Assembly: GCF_003018255.1 (NCBI RefSeq)
Contig: NZ_CP027440.1
Reading direction: 5' to 3' (one strand)
DNA: 64,000 bases
From: Escherichia coli
GTDB taxonomy: Bacteria > Pseudomonadota > Gammaproteobacteria > Enterobacterales > Enterobacteriaceae
Shown: positions 11,074 to 20,844 of the stretch, piece by piece
How positions within the stretch are numbered: position 1 is the first letter of the stretch
Layout of the letters: every line of letters starts with the position of its first letter
Notes under the pieces: model-generated
Seen by the model: the letters and a program-made list of their open reading frames with translations, nothing else
What the model was told of the DNA's origin: nothing
The model's database searches: none
Position numbers and translations under genes: made by a program

Positions 11074-11970
11074 TTACGCATAAAGTGACAAAAATGATTC
11101 GGTTTGCTCACGATTAGGAATGCCGGCCCGACCGCCAGGCTGGGTACATTTCATCGCGGCAACCGCACTGGCAAAACGAATAGCCTCTTTTGTTGGCATT
11201 TTTTCTGCCAACGCTACCGCGAGTGCGCCGTGAAAAACATCGCCTGCTCCAGTGGTATCAACCACATTGACAGAAAATGCCTCCTGTTGACACAAATGAC
11301 CATCTTCAATCCACAACGATCCTTCAGAACCCAGCGTAACATACACTTTACCTGCTGTTTGTGTCGTTGCCTGGAACAAACCTTCTTCAGGTGACTGCAG
11401 GCCAGTCATGCGTTTCAGCCCAGGTGTTGAGAACACGGCGTGATCGGCAAGCGCGACAAGTGGAGAAATATCCTGCGGTGTCATATCGGCGTCTAAAAGC
11501 GTTGTCACACCCGCAAGGCGCGCTAGCGAGAATGCTTTTTCAGTACCGCTATGCCAGCGAACATCGGCCAGAATCAGATCATAACGAGAGAAATCGATCG
11601 CTTCTAACCATTCGGCATCAGTACCGAGATCAGGACTTGGATAATTAACGATAATCCGTTCGCCATGCTGATCAACGAGGATCGCTGATTGCGACGAACG
11701 GGCGTTAGGATATCGGCGGCAAAATGCGGTATTGACGCCCCAACCCTCAAGTTCTGCAAGTAAGGTATTTCCACAACTGTCATCGCCGACGCGACCGATG
11801 AAATCAACCTCCACGCCAAGCTTTGCGATTGCAACAGCGGCTGTTGCTGCCGGGCCGCCACCAATCTCAAGATAATGATTTGCCTGATATTTCCCGCCGC
11901 CCTCCGGCAGAGTGGGCAAAGAATAAATCCTGTCCTGAACTGTGATACCCACGCATGCAATTCTGGTCAT
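11074..11970 (-). CDS. PfkB-family sugar kinase (YihV / 6-deoxy-6-sulfofructose kinase-like), about 298 aa
   Basis: ORF 11074..12021; start placed at internal ATG ([13 protein letters not shown]...); PfkB signature [18 protein letters not shown]. Confidence 0.8.
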   Translation of the reverse strand: MTRIACVGITVQDRIYSLPTLPEGGGKYQANHYLEIGGGPAATAAVAIAKLGVEVDFIGRVGDDSCGNTLLAELEGWGVNTAFCRRYPNARSSQSAILVDQHGERIIVNYPSPDLGTDAEWLEAIDFSRYDLILADVRWHSGTEKAFSLARLAGVTTLLDADMTPQDISPLVALADHAVFSTPGLKRMTGLQSPEEGLFQATTQTAGKVYVTLGSEGSLWIEDGHLCQQEAFSVNVVDTTGAGDVFHGALAVALAEKMPTKEAIRFASAVAAMKCTQPGGRAGIPNREQTESFLSLYA

Positions 11971-12142
11971 ATTTGTCTTGTCCTGTTTAATTTTGTCGTC
12001 TTTGGTCAATTTAAATGACACAAATGATCAAATTAGTGATGCGTGTCGTGTTTTTGAACATAAATTACAAATATGCTCAAAAACAGACGAAAACGAATTT
12101 TCAATTGTCATTATTTTGTCAATGTCAGACAGGAGAGTATTC
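11971..12142. promoter_or_regulatory. Divergent intergenic control region between the kinase/regulator and reductase/aldolase operons, with TTGTCA direct repeats
   Basis: AT-rich 172-bp region; TTGTCA read at 12105-12110 and 12116-12121 (11-bp spacing), tgtcag at 12123-12128; RBS aggagag at 12131-12137. Confidence 0.4.
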
Positions 12143-13021
12143 ATGGCAACCATTGCATTTCTCGGGCTGGGGCAGATGGGTAGCCCAATGGCTAACAATC
12201 TATTGCAAAAAGGGCATTCATTGCAGGTATTTGATGTCAATGCACAGGCCGTCGATGTGCTAGTTACGCAGGGGGCCACTGCGGCACAAACCCCAGCGGA
12301 AGCAGCAGCAGGCGCTGAATTTATCATCACTATGCTTCCCAATGGTGACATTGTTCGACAGGTTCTGTTGGGGGAAAAAGGCGTCTGTGAGGCTGTTTCA
12401 TCTGACGCGTTATTGATTGATATGTCGACTATTCATCCCTTACAGACCGATGCATTAATACGGGAGTTACAAGAAAAAGGCATCAGTATGATGGACGCTC
12501 CCGTGGGCAGAACGTCCGTGAATGCGATTGATGGCACATTGCTGATTTTAGCGGGTGGCACTGATGAGCAGATTGCACGTGCACGCCCGATTCTCATGTG
12601 CATGGGTAATGAACTGGTCGAGGCTGGCGGCCCAGGAATGGGGATCCGCGTGAAGCTAATTAACAACTATATGAGCATTGCGCTTAATGCGCTGTCCTCC
12701 GAGGCCGCTGTGTTATGTGAGTCACTGGGATTAAATCTTGATGTCGCAATTAAGGTGATGAGTGGTACGGCAGCAGGGAAAGGACATTTTACGACCACCT
12801 GGCCTGGCAAAGTGCTGAAAGGCGATCTTTCACCCGCCTTCATGGTGGATCTGGCGTTGAAAGATCTGCGTATTGCAGTTGACGTCGCTCGGGAGACGGG
12901 GGCACCGCTCAATATGGGGATTGCAGCAGAAAGTTATTACGCCGCAGCAAGTCAAGACGGCAAAGGGCGGCAGGATTGGAGTGCCCTGCTAAATCAGGTT
13001 CGCCAGCAGGCTGGTCTTTAA
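12143..13021 (+). CDS. NAD(P)-dependent HIBADH-family reductase (YihU / 3-sulfolactaldehyde reductase-like), about 292 aa
   Basis: ORF 11942..13021; start placed at ATG 12143 ([20 protein letters not shown], Rossmann GxGxxG). Confidence 0.8.
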   Translation: MATIAFLGLGQMGSPMANNLLQKGHSLQVFDVNAQAVDVLVTQGATAAQTPAEAAAGAEFIITMLPNGDIVRQVLLGEKGVCEAVSSDALLIDMSTIHPLQTDALIRELQEKGISMMDAPVGRTSVNAIDGTLLILAGGTDEQIARARPILMCMGNELVEAGGPGMGIRVKLINNYMSIALNALSSEAAVLCESLGLNLDVAIKVMSGTAAGKGHFTTTWPGKVLKGDLSPAFMVDLALKDLRIAVDVARETGAPLNMGIAAESYYAAASQDGKGRQDWSALLNQVRQQAGL

Positions 13022-13045
13022 TTTTATCTATTAACAGGAGTTTCT

Positions 13046-13933
13046 ATGTCATCCCACTTCACCCCATTTACGCTGAAAGATATCTCCCGCCCAGGTGGTG
13101 GATTCGCCATGTTAGCTGTCGATCAGCGTGAGGCCATGCGCCTGATGTTTGCGGCAGCAGGGCAGCCAAAACCCATCGCCGACAGTGTACTCACCGATTT
13201 TAAAGTTGCCGCGACCCGAATCCTTTCTCCTTATGCTTCTGCCGTTCTGGCGGATAAACAATTTTGTCTTGAACAAATAGTCGAGCAGGGCGCTGTGGCT
13301 AATTCTTGCGGCCTGATTGTCGCTGCCGATCTTTTTATCCCAGGTAATGGCATCCCGGTTGATAGCGTTGAAATAGATATGTCCGTCGACCCGCATAAAG
13401 CCCGTGAAATGGGGGCTAAGGCAATGAAATTACTTGTACTCTGGCGTGAAGATGAACCCGCAGAGGAACGTCTGGCAATGGTTGATAAATTTGTTCGTCG
13501 CTGCCGTAGTGCCGGGCTGGTTAGCATTATTGAACCTGTGGTGCGTCCACCTCGTCGCGGTTGGGACTTTGATCGTGAAAGCGCCATTGTTGCCGCCGCC
13601 GCAGAGCTTGGTGGAACAGAGGCTGATCTTTACAAAGCCGAGATGCCATTAGGGGGCAAAGGCGATGAAAAAACCTTACTTGCCGCCTGTCAGCAACTTA
13701 ACGATCAGATGAAGATGCCGTGGGTAATTCTTTCTTCTGGCGTTGATGCCGATATTTTTGGCCGTGCAGTAAGTATTGCCATGAAAGGTGGTGCGTCGGG
13801 CTTCCTGGCTGGACGAGCGGTATGGGCGTCGGTTGTTGGTGCACAAGATCCACAAACCATGCTGCGCGATGTCTCCGTTCCACGCTTGCAACGGCTGGCT
13901 GAAATTGTCGATGAAGGTATCGCGCAACGCTAA
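13046..13933 (+). CDS. Class I aldolase of the LacD/DeoC family (YihT / sulfofructose-phosphate aldolase-like), 295 aa
   Basis: ORF-track peptide [29 protein letters not shown]...; family assignment from recollection. Confidence 0.7.
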   Translation: MSSHFTPFTLKDISRPGGGFAMLAVDQREAMRLMFAAAGQPKPIADSVLTDFKVAATRILSPYASAVLADKQFCLEQIVEQGAVANSCGLIVAADLFIPGNGIPVDSVEIDMSVDPHKAREMGAKAMKLLVLWREDEPAEERLAMVDKFVRRCRSAGLVSIIEPVVRPPRRGWDFDRESAIVAAAAELGGTEADLYKAEMPLGGKGDEKTLLAACQQLNDQMKMPWVILSSGVDADIFGRAVSIAMKGGASGFLAGRAVWASVVGAQDPQTMLRDVSVPRLQRLAEIVDEGIAQR

Positions 13934-13965
13934 TCCCCTATGGATATCGATTCTGGAGAATAACA

Positions 13966-14976
13966 ATGGATAAAATTACCCAGGTTTTATTTTCAGATAT
14001 TGGGAAAGTCACCACTCAATATGTTGAAGTACCACACCAGCAACTTAAACCGCACGAAGTACGGATTGCGCCCGTGTTCTACGGGATATGCGGTTCGGAT
14101 CTGCATGTTCTGAAAGGCGGTCATCCGTTTGCCAAGCCGCCTGTCGTCCCCGGTCATGAAATTGCAGCGCGCGTTACGGAAGTGGGCAGCGACGTTAAAA
14201 ATGTACAGCCGGGCGATCATGTTGTGGTCGATCCCATCATGGCTTGCATGGAATGCCGAGCCTGCAAAGCAGGACGTTTTAATCTTTGTGAACCACCGCA
14301 GGTTGCTGGTTTTCGCGCACCGGGCTTTGCTCGCTCACAACACATTGTTCCTGCGCGTAATTGCCATGTCGCACCAGCCTCTTTACCGCTAAAAGTGTTG
14401 GCCTTTGCCGAACCGGCGGCTTGTGCTCGTCACTGCGTTAACCGAATGCCGAAAGCTTCTCTGGAAAGCGTACTGGTGATTGGTGCCGGAACGATAGGCT
14501 TATCCATCGTGCAGGCACTGCGCATTATGGGGGCAGGTAAGATTACCGTGATTGAACCTGACGCTGCCAAACGCGCGCTGGCGTTAAAGCTGGGCGCAGC
14601 AGAAGTTTGGGCACCAGGTGAGCTGGCCGCAGATGTGAGATTTACGGGGGCGATTGATGTCGTTGCAGCGCAGGCCACGCTTAACGATGCATGTACCCGT
14701 GTATATGCCGGAGGCACCGTCGTGTGCATGGGCGTACCAAGTGGGCCGCGTGAAATACCATTACCGATGATGCAACGTTTCGAGCGTGACTTGCTCAACT
14801 CTGGCATGTACATCCCTGAAGATTTCGATGCTGTTATCGAATGGCTGGCGGATGGGCGGTTTGATACCAGTGAACTGGTTACCGATTTATTTGCCATTGA
14901 GGATGCAGCGGCGGCATTCGAACGCGCGCAGCAAAATGACTCCATAAAGGTCATGCTGCAATTTGCGCCGGAATGA
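13966..14976 (+). CDS. Zn-dependent medium-chain alcohol/polyol dehydrogenase (sorbitol/galactitol-1-phosphate dehydrogenase-like), 336 aa
   Basis: Catalytic-zinc motif CGSDLH...GHE, structural-zinc cysteines CMECRACKAGRFNLC, NAD-binding VIGAGTIGL. Confidence 0.8.
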   Translation: MDKITQVLFSDIGKVTTQYVEVPHQQLKPHEVRIAPVFYGICGSDLHVLKGGHPFAKPPVVPGHEIAARVTEVGSDVKNVQPGDHVVVDPIMACMECRACKAGRFNLCEPPQVAGFRAPGFARSQHIVPARNCHVAPASLPLKVLAFAEPAACARHCVNRMPKASLESVLVIGAGTIGLSIVQALRIMGAGKITVIEPDAAKRALALKLGAAEVWAPGELAADVRFTGAIDVVAAQATLNDACTRVYAGGTVVCMGVPSGPREIPLPMMQRFERDLLNSGMYIPEDFDAVIEWLADGRFDTSELVTDLFAIEDAAAAFERAQQNDSIKVMLQFAPE

Positions 14977-15045
14977 TTTTCTAAATCTCTGTCTGGCGCT
15001 GCGTCACGTCAGCGCCACCCTACAACAATTAAAAAGGACACTGCG

Positions 15046-16479
15046 ATGAGTCAAATCACCAGTCCTGCAACTTATTCAATTAGTCGGCCACAGGACGTAA
15101 TTGATATTGTTAATAAGAACTCTGCAATCAACACCAGTATCGGCGTTATTTTTATTGCTTTGGGCGGCATATTGATTGATGCCTACCAGGTGGCGATGGT
15201 GGGGTTTGGTAATAAATACATTGCCGCTCAATTCGGCATTTCTCCGGGTCTTGCTGCGACCGTCAATGCGTCAGTATTAATCGCCGCGTTAATTGGCGGT
15301 TTATTAGCGAACCGAGTAATAAACCGCTTTGGGCAAAAGCGGGCATTTATTATTGGCATGGGGCTGTGCACCATCGGTGCTGCAGCGGTAGCTATTGCTC
15401 CCAGTATCTGGTGGGTGCTGGTGTGCCGCGTCATCATGGGCTTTGGTTTAGGCATCGACTTCCCTTTGGCAACTAATGCCGTGGCAGAGCTTCGTGGTTC
15501 AACGTCGAAGAAAACCGGAACGTCGGTCAACCTCTGGCAAATGGCCTGGTATGTTTCGACAACCGTTGTTTATTTGGTGCTTTTGCCGCTGCTTCTGTCG
15601 GGTATCGCTGAAGAACAATTGTGGCGTTACGGAATATTCATCGGAGCTATTTTTGCAGTCATCTTCATGATTTTGCGTTACTTCTTTATTGGTGAATCCG
15701 CAATGTGGGCCGCACGCGTTGGGCGTTACCAGGAAGCGTGCGACATTCTGGGAAAACGTTATGGTGTTCAGGCTCGCGTTGCGGCATCGGGTACAACAGA
15801 AGCGAAATTCTCGGAAAAAGCAGAGAATAAATACAGTGGTGGATATGGCATCTTATTTAATGATCGTTACCGCAAACGCACCATTCTTGGCTGTGTCGTG
15901 GCAACCATGCAGGCGTGGCAATATAACGCCGTAGGTGTTTATCTTCCTCTTACGTTGGCGGGAATAATAAGTGGCGGGCTTACTGGCGCGTTGACCGGTT
16001 CTGCCGTCGTGAATGCCCTTTGTGGGGTGACAGGTGGGATGATCGGCTCGTTTATTCTCCAACGACTGGGTACTCGCCGACAGTCGATGTATGGATTTGC
16101 TGTTGTGACCTTAGCATTGCTGTCGTTAGGCGCACTGGCAACGACTAATCCTTGGCTGTCTTTAGGGTTATTGGGATCAATTATTTTCTTCCATTCAGCG
16201 GGTCCTGGTGGGCTGGGCATGACCATTGCCACACTCTCTTATCCTCCCGCTATTCGCCCTACTGGGGTCGGATTTGCCCGCGCTATTATGCGCACAGGGG
16301 CAATTGCAGGACTCATTTTCTGGCCGATGCTGTGGGGTGCGTTGAAAACTGAAGCGTTTTACTGGTTGGCAATCGTGCCATTCCTGGGATTCCTAACCTG
16401 TGTATTGATTAATTGGGAACCACTGGGTGCAAATGTTGATGCTGAGGACGCAGAGGTTCTGGCTGAATTGAAGAAATAA
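15046..16479 (+). CDS. MFS transporter, 477 aa
   Basis: Multiple hydrophobic segments; MFS motif A (GGLLANRVINRFGQKRAF). Confidence 0.8.
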   Translation: MSQITSPATYSISRPQDVIDIVNKNSAINTSIGVIFIALGGILIDAYQVAMVGFGNKYIAAQFGISPGLAATVNASVLIAALIGGLLANRVINRFGQKRAFIIGMGLCTIGAAAVAIAPSIWWVLVCRVIMGFGLGIDFPLATNAVAELRGSTSKKTGTSVNLWQMAWYVSTTVVYLVLLPLLLSGIAEEQLWRYGIFIGAIFAVIFMILRYFFIGESAMWAARVGRYQEACDILGKRYGVQARVAASGTTEAKFSEKAENKYSGGYGILFNDRYRKRTILGCVVATMQAWQYNAVGVYLPLTLAGIISGGLTGALTGSAVVNALCGVTGGMIGSFILQRLGTRRQSMYGFAVVTLALLSLGALATTNPWLSLGLLGSIIFFHSAGPGGLGMTIATLSYPPAIRPTGVGFARAIMRTGAIAGLIFWPMLWGALKTEAFYWLAIVPFLGFLTCVLINWEPLGANVDAEDAEVLAELKK

Positions 16480-16577
16480 TTTAATGCGCATCGGCTTAAG
16501 CCGATGCGCATTAATTCAAACTGCCCACGTTTAGTGGTTCGTATCCCAGATTTCTCGCCTACCAGGAGAGGAAAATT

Positions 16578-17927
16578 ATGTCTGAAAAGTTACCCGCACC
16601 GCGTGAAGGGCTTTCCGGTAAAGCCATGAGACGTGTCGTTATGGGCAGTTTCGCAGGCGCGTTAATGGAATGGTATGACTTCTTTATTTTTGGCACGGCA
16701 GCAGGACTGGTATTTGCACCGCTGTTTTATCCAGACAGCGATCCTTTTATAGGTCTTATAGCTTCCTTTGCGACCTTTGGTGTCGGTTTTCTGACTCGTC
16801 CTTTAGGGGGCATCGTCTTTGGTCATTTTGGCGATAAAATCGGGCGAAAAATAACACTTATCTGGACGCTGGCTATTGTCGGTTGCTCCACATTTTTGAT
16901 TGGTTTTATTCCGACGTATCAGGAAATTGGCATTTGGGCACCGCTTGTATTAATGGTGCTGCGTTTGATTCAGGGCTTTGGTCTTGGTGGCGAGTACGGT
17001 GGAGCGGCATTGATGACCATAGAATCAGCGCCCGAATCCCGACGCGGATTTTTAGGTTCACTCCCGCAAACGGCTGCGTCTGTGGGTATTATGCTGGCAA
17101 CCGGTATTTTTGCTCTCTGTAACCATTTTCTTACTTCGGAGCAGTTTCTCTCCTGGGGATGGCGCATTCCGTTTTGGCTTTCTGCGGTGATGTTGATCGT
17201 TGGGCTGTTTATCCGCCTACATACCGAAGAAACGCTGGATTTTCAAAAGCAAAAAACGACGAATAATAAAGAAAAGTCCGTTCCTCCGTTGATTGAATTA
17301 TTCAAAAAACATCCACGAAATATTTTATTGGCACTGGGTGCGAGGCTGGCGGAAAGTGTCTCCTCTAATATTATTAATGCCTTTGGTATTGTCTATATTT
17401 CCAGCCAATTAGCATTGTCGCGAGATATTCCCCTGACGGGTATGTTGATTGCCTCGGCGATCGGTATTTTCAGTTGTCCATTGGTTGGATGGTTATCAGA
17501 TCGTATAGGTCAAAAAAGTCTGTATTTGTCGGGAGCAGGATTTTGTGTCCTGTTCGCGTTTCCTTTCTTCTTATTATTGGATAGCAAAAGTACGCTCATC
17601 ATCTGGTGCAGTATGATCCTCGGCTACAACTTAGGTCCGACGATGATGTTTGCCGTGCAGCCAACACTTTTCACCCGCATGTTCGGTACCAAAGTACGAT
17701 ATACCGGCCTTTCTTTTGCTTATCAATTTTCCGCGATTCTTGGCGGACTAAGCCCCCTTATCGCCTCAAGTTTGCTGGCGCTAGGGGGAGGAAAACCGTG
17801 GTATGTCGCTCTGTTTTTATTTGCTGTCTCAGTTCTTTCCTTTGTTTGCGTCTGGCTGATTGAGCCGACCGATGAACAAGAAACCGCTTCTTACCGCTAC
17901 ATCAGGGAACAATCTCATGAAAACTGA
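16578..17927 (+). CDS. MFS transporter of the metabolite:H+ symporter type (ProP/KgtP/ShiA-like), 449 aa
   Basis: Characteristic N-terminus EWYDFFIFG and GHFGDKIGRK loop motif. Confidence 0.75.
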   Translation: MSEKLPAPREGLSGKAMRRVVMGSFAGALMEWYDFFIFGTAAGLVFAPLFYPDSDPFIGLIASFATFGVGFLTRPLGGIVFGHFGDKIGRKITLIWTLAIVGCSTFLIGFIPTYQEIGIWAPLVLMVLRLIQGFGLGGEYGGAALMTIESAPESRRGFLGSLPQTAASVGIMLATGIFALCNHFLTSEQFLSWGWRIPFWLSAVMLIVGLFIRLHTEETLDFQKQKTTNNKEKSVPPLIELFKKHPRNILLALGARLAESVSSNIINAFGIVYISSQLALSRDIPLTGMLIASAIGIFSCPLVGWLSDRIGQKSLYLSGAGFCVLFAFPFFLLLDSKSTLIIWCSMILGYNLGPTMMFAVQPTLFTRMFGTKVRYTGLSFAYQFSAILGGLSPLIASSLLALGGGKPWYVALFLFAVSVLSFVCVWLIEPTDEQETASYRYIREQSHEN

Positions 17928-18804
17928 ACGAAAAAACGAGCATTACCTGGCGCTACAACAGGCGTTTGACGCGCCATGGCCTGGGCCTGTAGGAGAGTTA
18001 GTGATGCTGGAAAAAGGCAATATTCACCTGCAGATTTATCCGCATGATGGTGCCAGGATAACCTCGTTAAAGGCATTTGGTTCTGAAGTATTACGCCAAT
18101 GGCAGCCGCAGCGCAGAGCTTTTCAGTATGGCTGTTTCCCAATGGTGCCGTGGGCAGGGCGACTGGGGAATGCGACGCTGAATGCTGGTGGGCAATGTTA
18201 TTCTTTACCCGCCAATAAACCACCACATGCGTTGCATGGTATGGCTTGTTACTCAACGTGGGAAATCATCGACAAAACAGCAGATTCCCTGACTTTACGT
18301 ATGCCCCTGGCTTCACCGTGGCCCTGGCAAGGGGAAGTGATTCAGACTTTTTTGCTGGAGAACGATGCGCTGGTTTTGCAACTGGAAGTCCATTCATATG
18401 CCGATACATTCCCGGCCTCCGCAGGCTGGCATCCGTGGTTTGCGAAAAAGCTGACTCCGCAAAATACAGAATCGTTGCAGGTGCTTTTTGATGCGGACTG
18501 GCAAGAAGAAGCGGGTAGTGATGAACTGCCAACTGGAAATCGTATCTCTCCTCAAGTCGGTCCCTGGGATGACTGTTTTGGTTTTTATGACGGGGTGAAG
18601 GTTAAGTTACTGTGGCCTGGTAAACTCGCGATGACCATGACCTCTTCTGCAAACAGTCTGGTGGTATTTGATAAACAGCCCGATGCCACCTGTATTAACC
18701 CGCTGACTCAGGCACCTAACGCAATAAATCTAACGCCGGAATTTGTGACACCAGATAAGCCGCTGGTCATCGAAACTCGTTGGCAATTTACACCTGAATC
18801 TTAA
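17872..18804 (+). CDS. Aldose 1-epimerase (mutarotase)-like protein (YihR-like), about 310 aa; alternative ATG at 17917
   Basis: ORF 17860..18804 begins at a TTG; ATG codons at 17872 and 17917; start overlaps the end of the upstream transporter gene. Confidence 0.65.
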   Translation: MNKKPLLTATSGNNLMKTERKNEHYLALQQAFDAPWPGPVGELVMLEKGNIHLQIYPHDGARITSLKAFGSEVLRQWQPQRRAFQYGCFPMVPWAGRLGNATLNAGGQCYSLPANKPPHALHGMACYSTWEIIDKTADSLTLRMPLASPWPWQGEVIQTFLLENDALVLQLEVHSYADTFPASAGWHPWFAKKLTPQNTESLQVLFDADWQEEAGSDELPTGNRISPQVGPWDDCFGFYDGVKVKLLWPGKLAMTMTSSANSLVVFDKQPDATCINPLTQAPNAINLTPEFVTPDKPLVIETRWQFTPES

Positions 18805-18944
18805 CCATTCATCTATTGCGAAAAAGACAGTGAAATTACTCTGCTTTTTCGCAATCAGCATCACAAGATTACCCTTATTGCCACATAGCCAAACCCATCC
18901 TTTCCCGCTACAGTTAATTTCTTGTGGCGCGAAAGGAGGCAAAA

Positions 18945-19544
18945 ATGCTCTATATCTTTGATTTAGGTAATGTGATTGTCGATATCGACTTTAACCGTGT
19001 GCTGGGGGCCTGGAGCGATTTAACGCGTGTTCCACTGGCTACGCTTAAGAAGAGTTTCCACATGGGCGAGGCGTTTCATCAGCATGAGCGTGGGGAAATT
19101 AGCGACGAAGCGTTCGCAGAGGCGCTGTGTCATGAGATGGCCCTGCCGCTAAGCTACGAGCAGTTCTCTCACGGCTGGCAGGCGGTGTTTGTCGCGCTGC
19201 GCCCGGAAGTGATCGCCATCATGCATAAACTGCGTGAGCAGGGGCATCGCGTGGTGGTGCTTTCCAATACCAACCGCCTGCATACCACCTTCTGGCCGGA
19301 AGAATATCCGGAAATTCGTGATGCTGCTGACCATATCTATCTGTCGCAAGATCTGGGGATGCGCAAACCCGAAGCACGAATTTACCAGCATGTTTTGCAG
19401 GCGGAAGGTTTTTCACCAGACGATACGGTCTTTTTCGACGATAACGCCGATAATATAGAAGGAGCTAATCGGCTAGGCATTACTAGTATTCTGGTGAAAG
19501 ATAAAACCACCATCCCGGACTATTTCGCGAAGGTGTTATGCTAA
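18945..19544 (+). CDS. yihX: HAD-family alpha-D-glucose-1-phosphate phosphatase, 199 aa
   Basis: ORF 18924..19544; start at internal Met ([17 protein letters not shown]...), HAD motif I. Confidence 0.9.
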
Positions 19545-20410
19545 AAACCATTCAGGACAAAGCCAGGCATCGTACCCGTCCACTATGGGCCTGGCTAAAA
19601 CTACTCTGGCAACGCATTGATGAGGACAACATGACAACCCTGGCAGGTAACCTTGCCTATGTGTCGTTGCTCTCATTAGTGCCGCTGGTTGCCGTTGTTT
19701 TTGCGCTTTTCGCCGCTTTTCCCATGTTTTCCGACGTCAGCATTCAGTTGCGTCACTTTATTTTTGCCAACTTTCTGCCTGCTACTGGCGATGTTATTCA
19801 GCGGTATATCGAACAATTTGTTGCCAATTCCAACAAGATGACCGCCGTTGGGGCGTGTGGGCTGATCGTCACAGCATTATTGCTGATGTACTCCATCGAT
19901 AGCGCGTTGAATACCATCTGGCGCAGCAAACGAGCGCGACCAAAAATTTACTCGTTTGCCGTGTACTGGATGATTTTAACGCTGGGGCCGCTGCTGGCAG
20001 GGGCCAGTCTGGCGATCAGTTCCTATCTGCTCTCCCTGCGCTGGGCGAGCGATCTCAATACTGTCATCGACAACGTGCTGCGTATTTTTCCGCTGCTGTT
20101 GTCGTGGATCTCCTTCTGGTTGCTGTACAGCATTGTTCCTACCATCCGCGTACCTAACCGCGACGCGATTGTCGGCGCGTTTGTCGCCGCACTCCTGTTC
20201 GAAGCAGGAAAGAAAGGTTTCGCGCTTTATATCACCATGTTCCCGTCATATCAGCTCATTTACGGCGTGCTGGCGGTGATCCCCATTCTCTTTGTCTGGG
20301 TCTACTGGACATGGTGTATCGTCTTGCTTGGCGCGGAAATTACTGTCACTCTCGGGGAATACCGCAAATTAAAACAAGCTGCTGAACAAGAAGAAGACGA
20401 CGAACCATGA
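19538..20410 (+). CDS. yihY: Inner-membrane protein YihY (formerly called RNase BN, rbn), 290 aa
   Basis: ORF-track peptide [21 protein letters not shown]...; overlaps yihX by 7 nt. Confidence 0.9.
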
Positions 20411-20844
20411 TTGCATTAATTCAACGCGTAACCCGTGCCAGCGTCACCGTGGAGGGAGAAGTGACGGGCGAAATTGGCGCGGGACTTTTGGTGTTATTGG
20501 GTGTCGAAAAGGATGACGACGAACAGAAAGCAAACCGTCTGTGCGAGCGTGTGCTCGGCTACCGCATCTTTAGCGATGCCGAAGGCAAGATGAATCTCAA
20601 CGTGCAACAGGCGGGCGGCAGTGTACTGGTGGTTTCCCAGTTTACCCTTGCCGCAGATACCGAACGGGGGATGCGTCCAAGTTTCTCCAAAGGTGCATCA
20701 CCGGATCGCGCAGAGGCGTTATATGACTATTTCGTCGAACGCTGCCGTCAGCAAGAGATGAACACGCAAACAGGACGCTTCGCTGCGGATATGCAGGTAT
20801 CGCTGGTCAATGATGGCCCCGTGACATTCTGGTTGCAGGTATGA
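20407..20844 (+). CDS. dtd: D-aminoacyl-tRNA deacylase, 145 aa
   Basis: ORF-track peptide [19 protein letters not shown]...; 4-nt overlap with yihY. Confidence 0.93.

Noticed and set aside
12015-12263. 82-aa plus-strand ORF in the divergent control region of the cassette
   Set aside because: Starts inside the AT-rich promoter region and overlaps the YihU-like gene out of frame; most likely spurious
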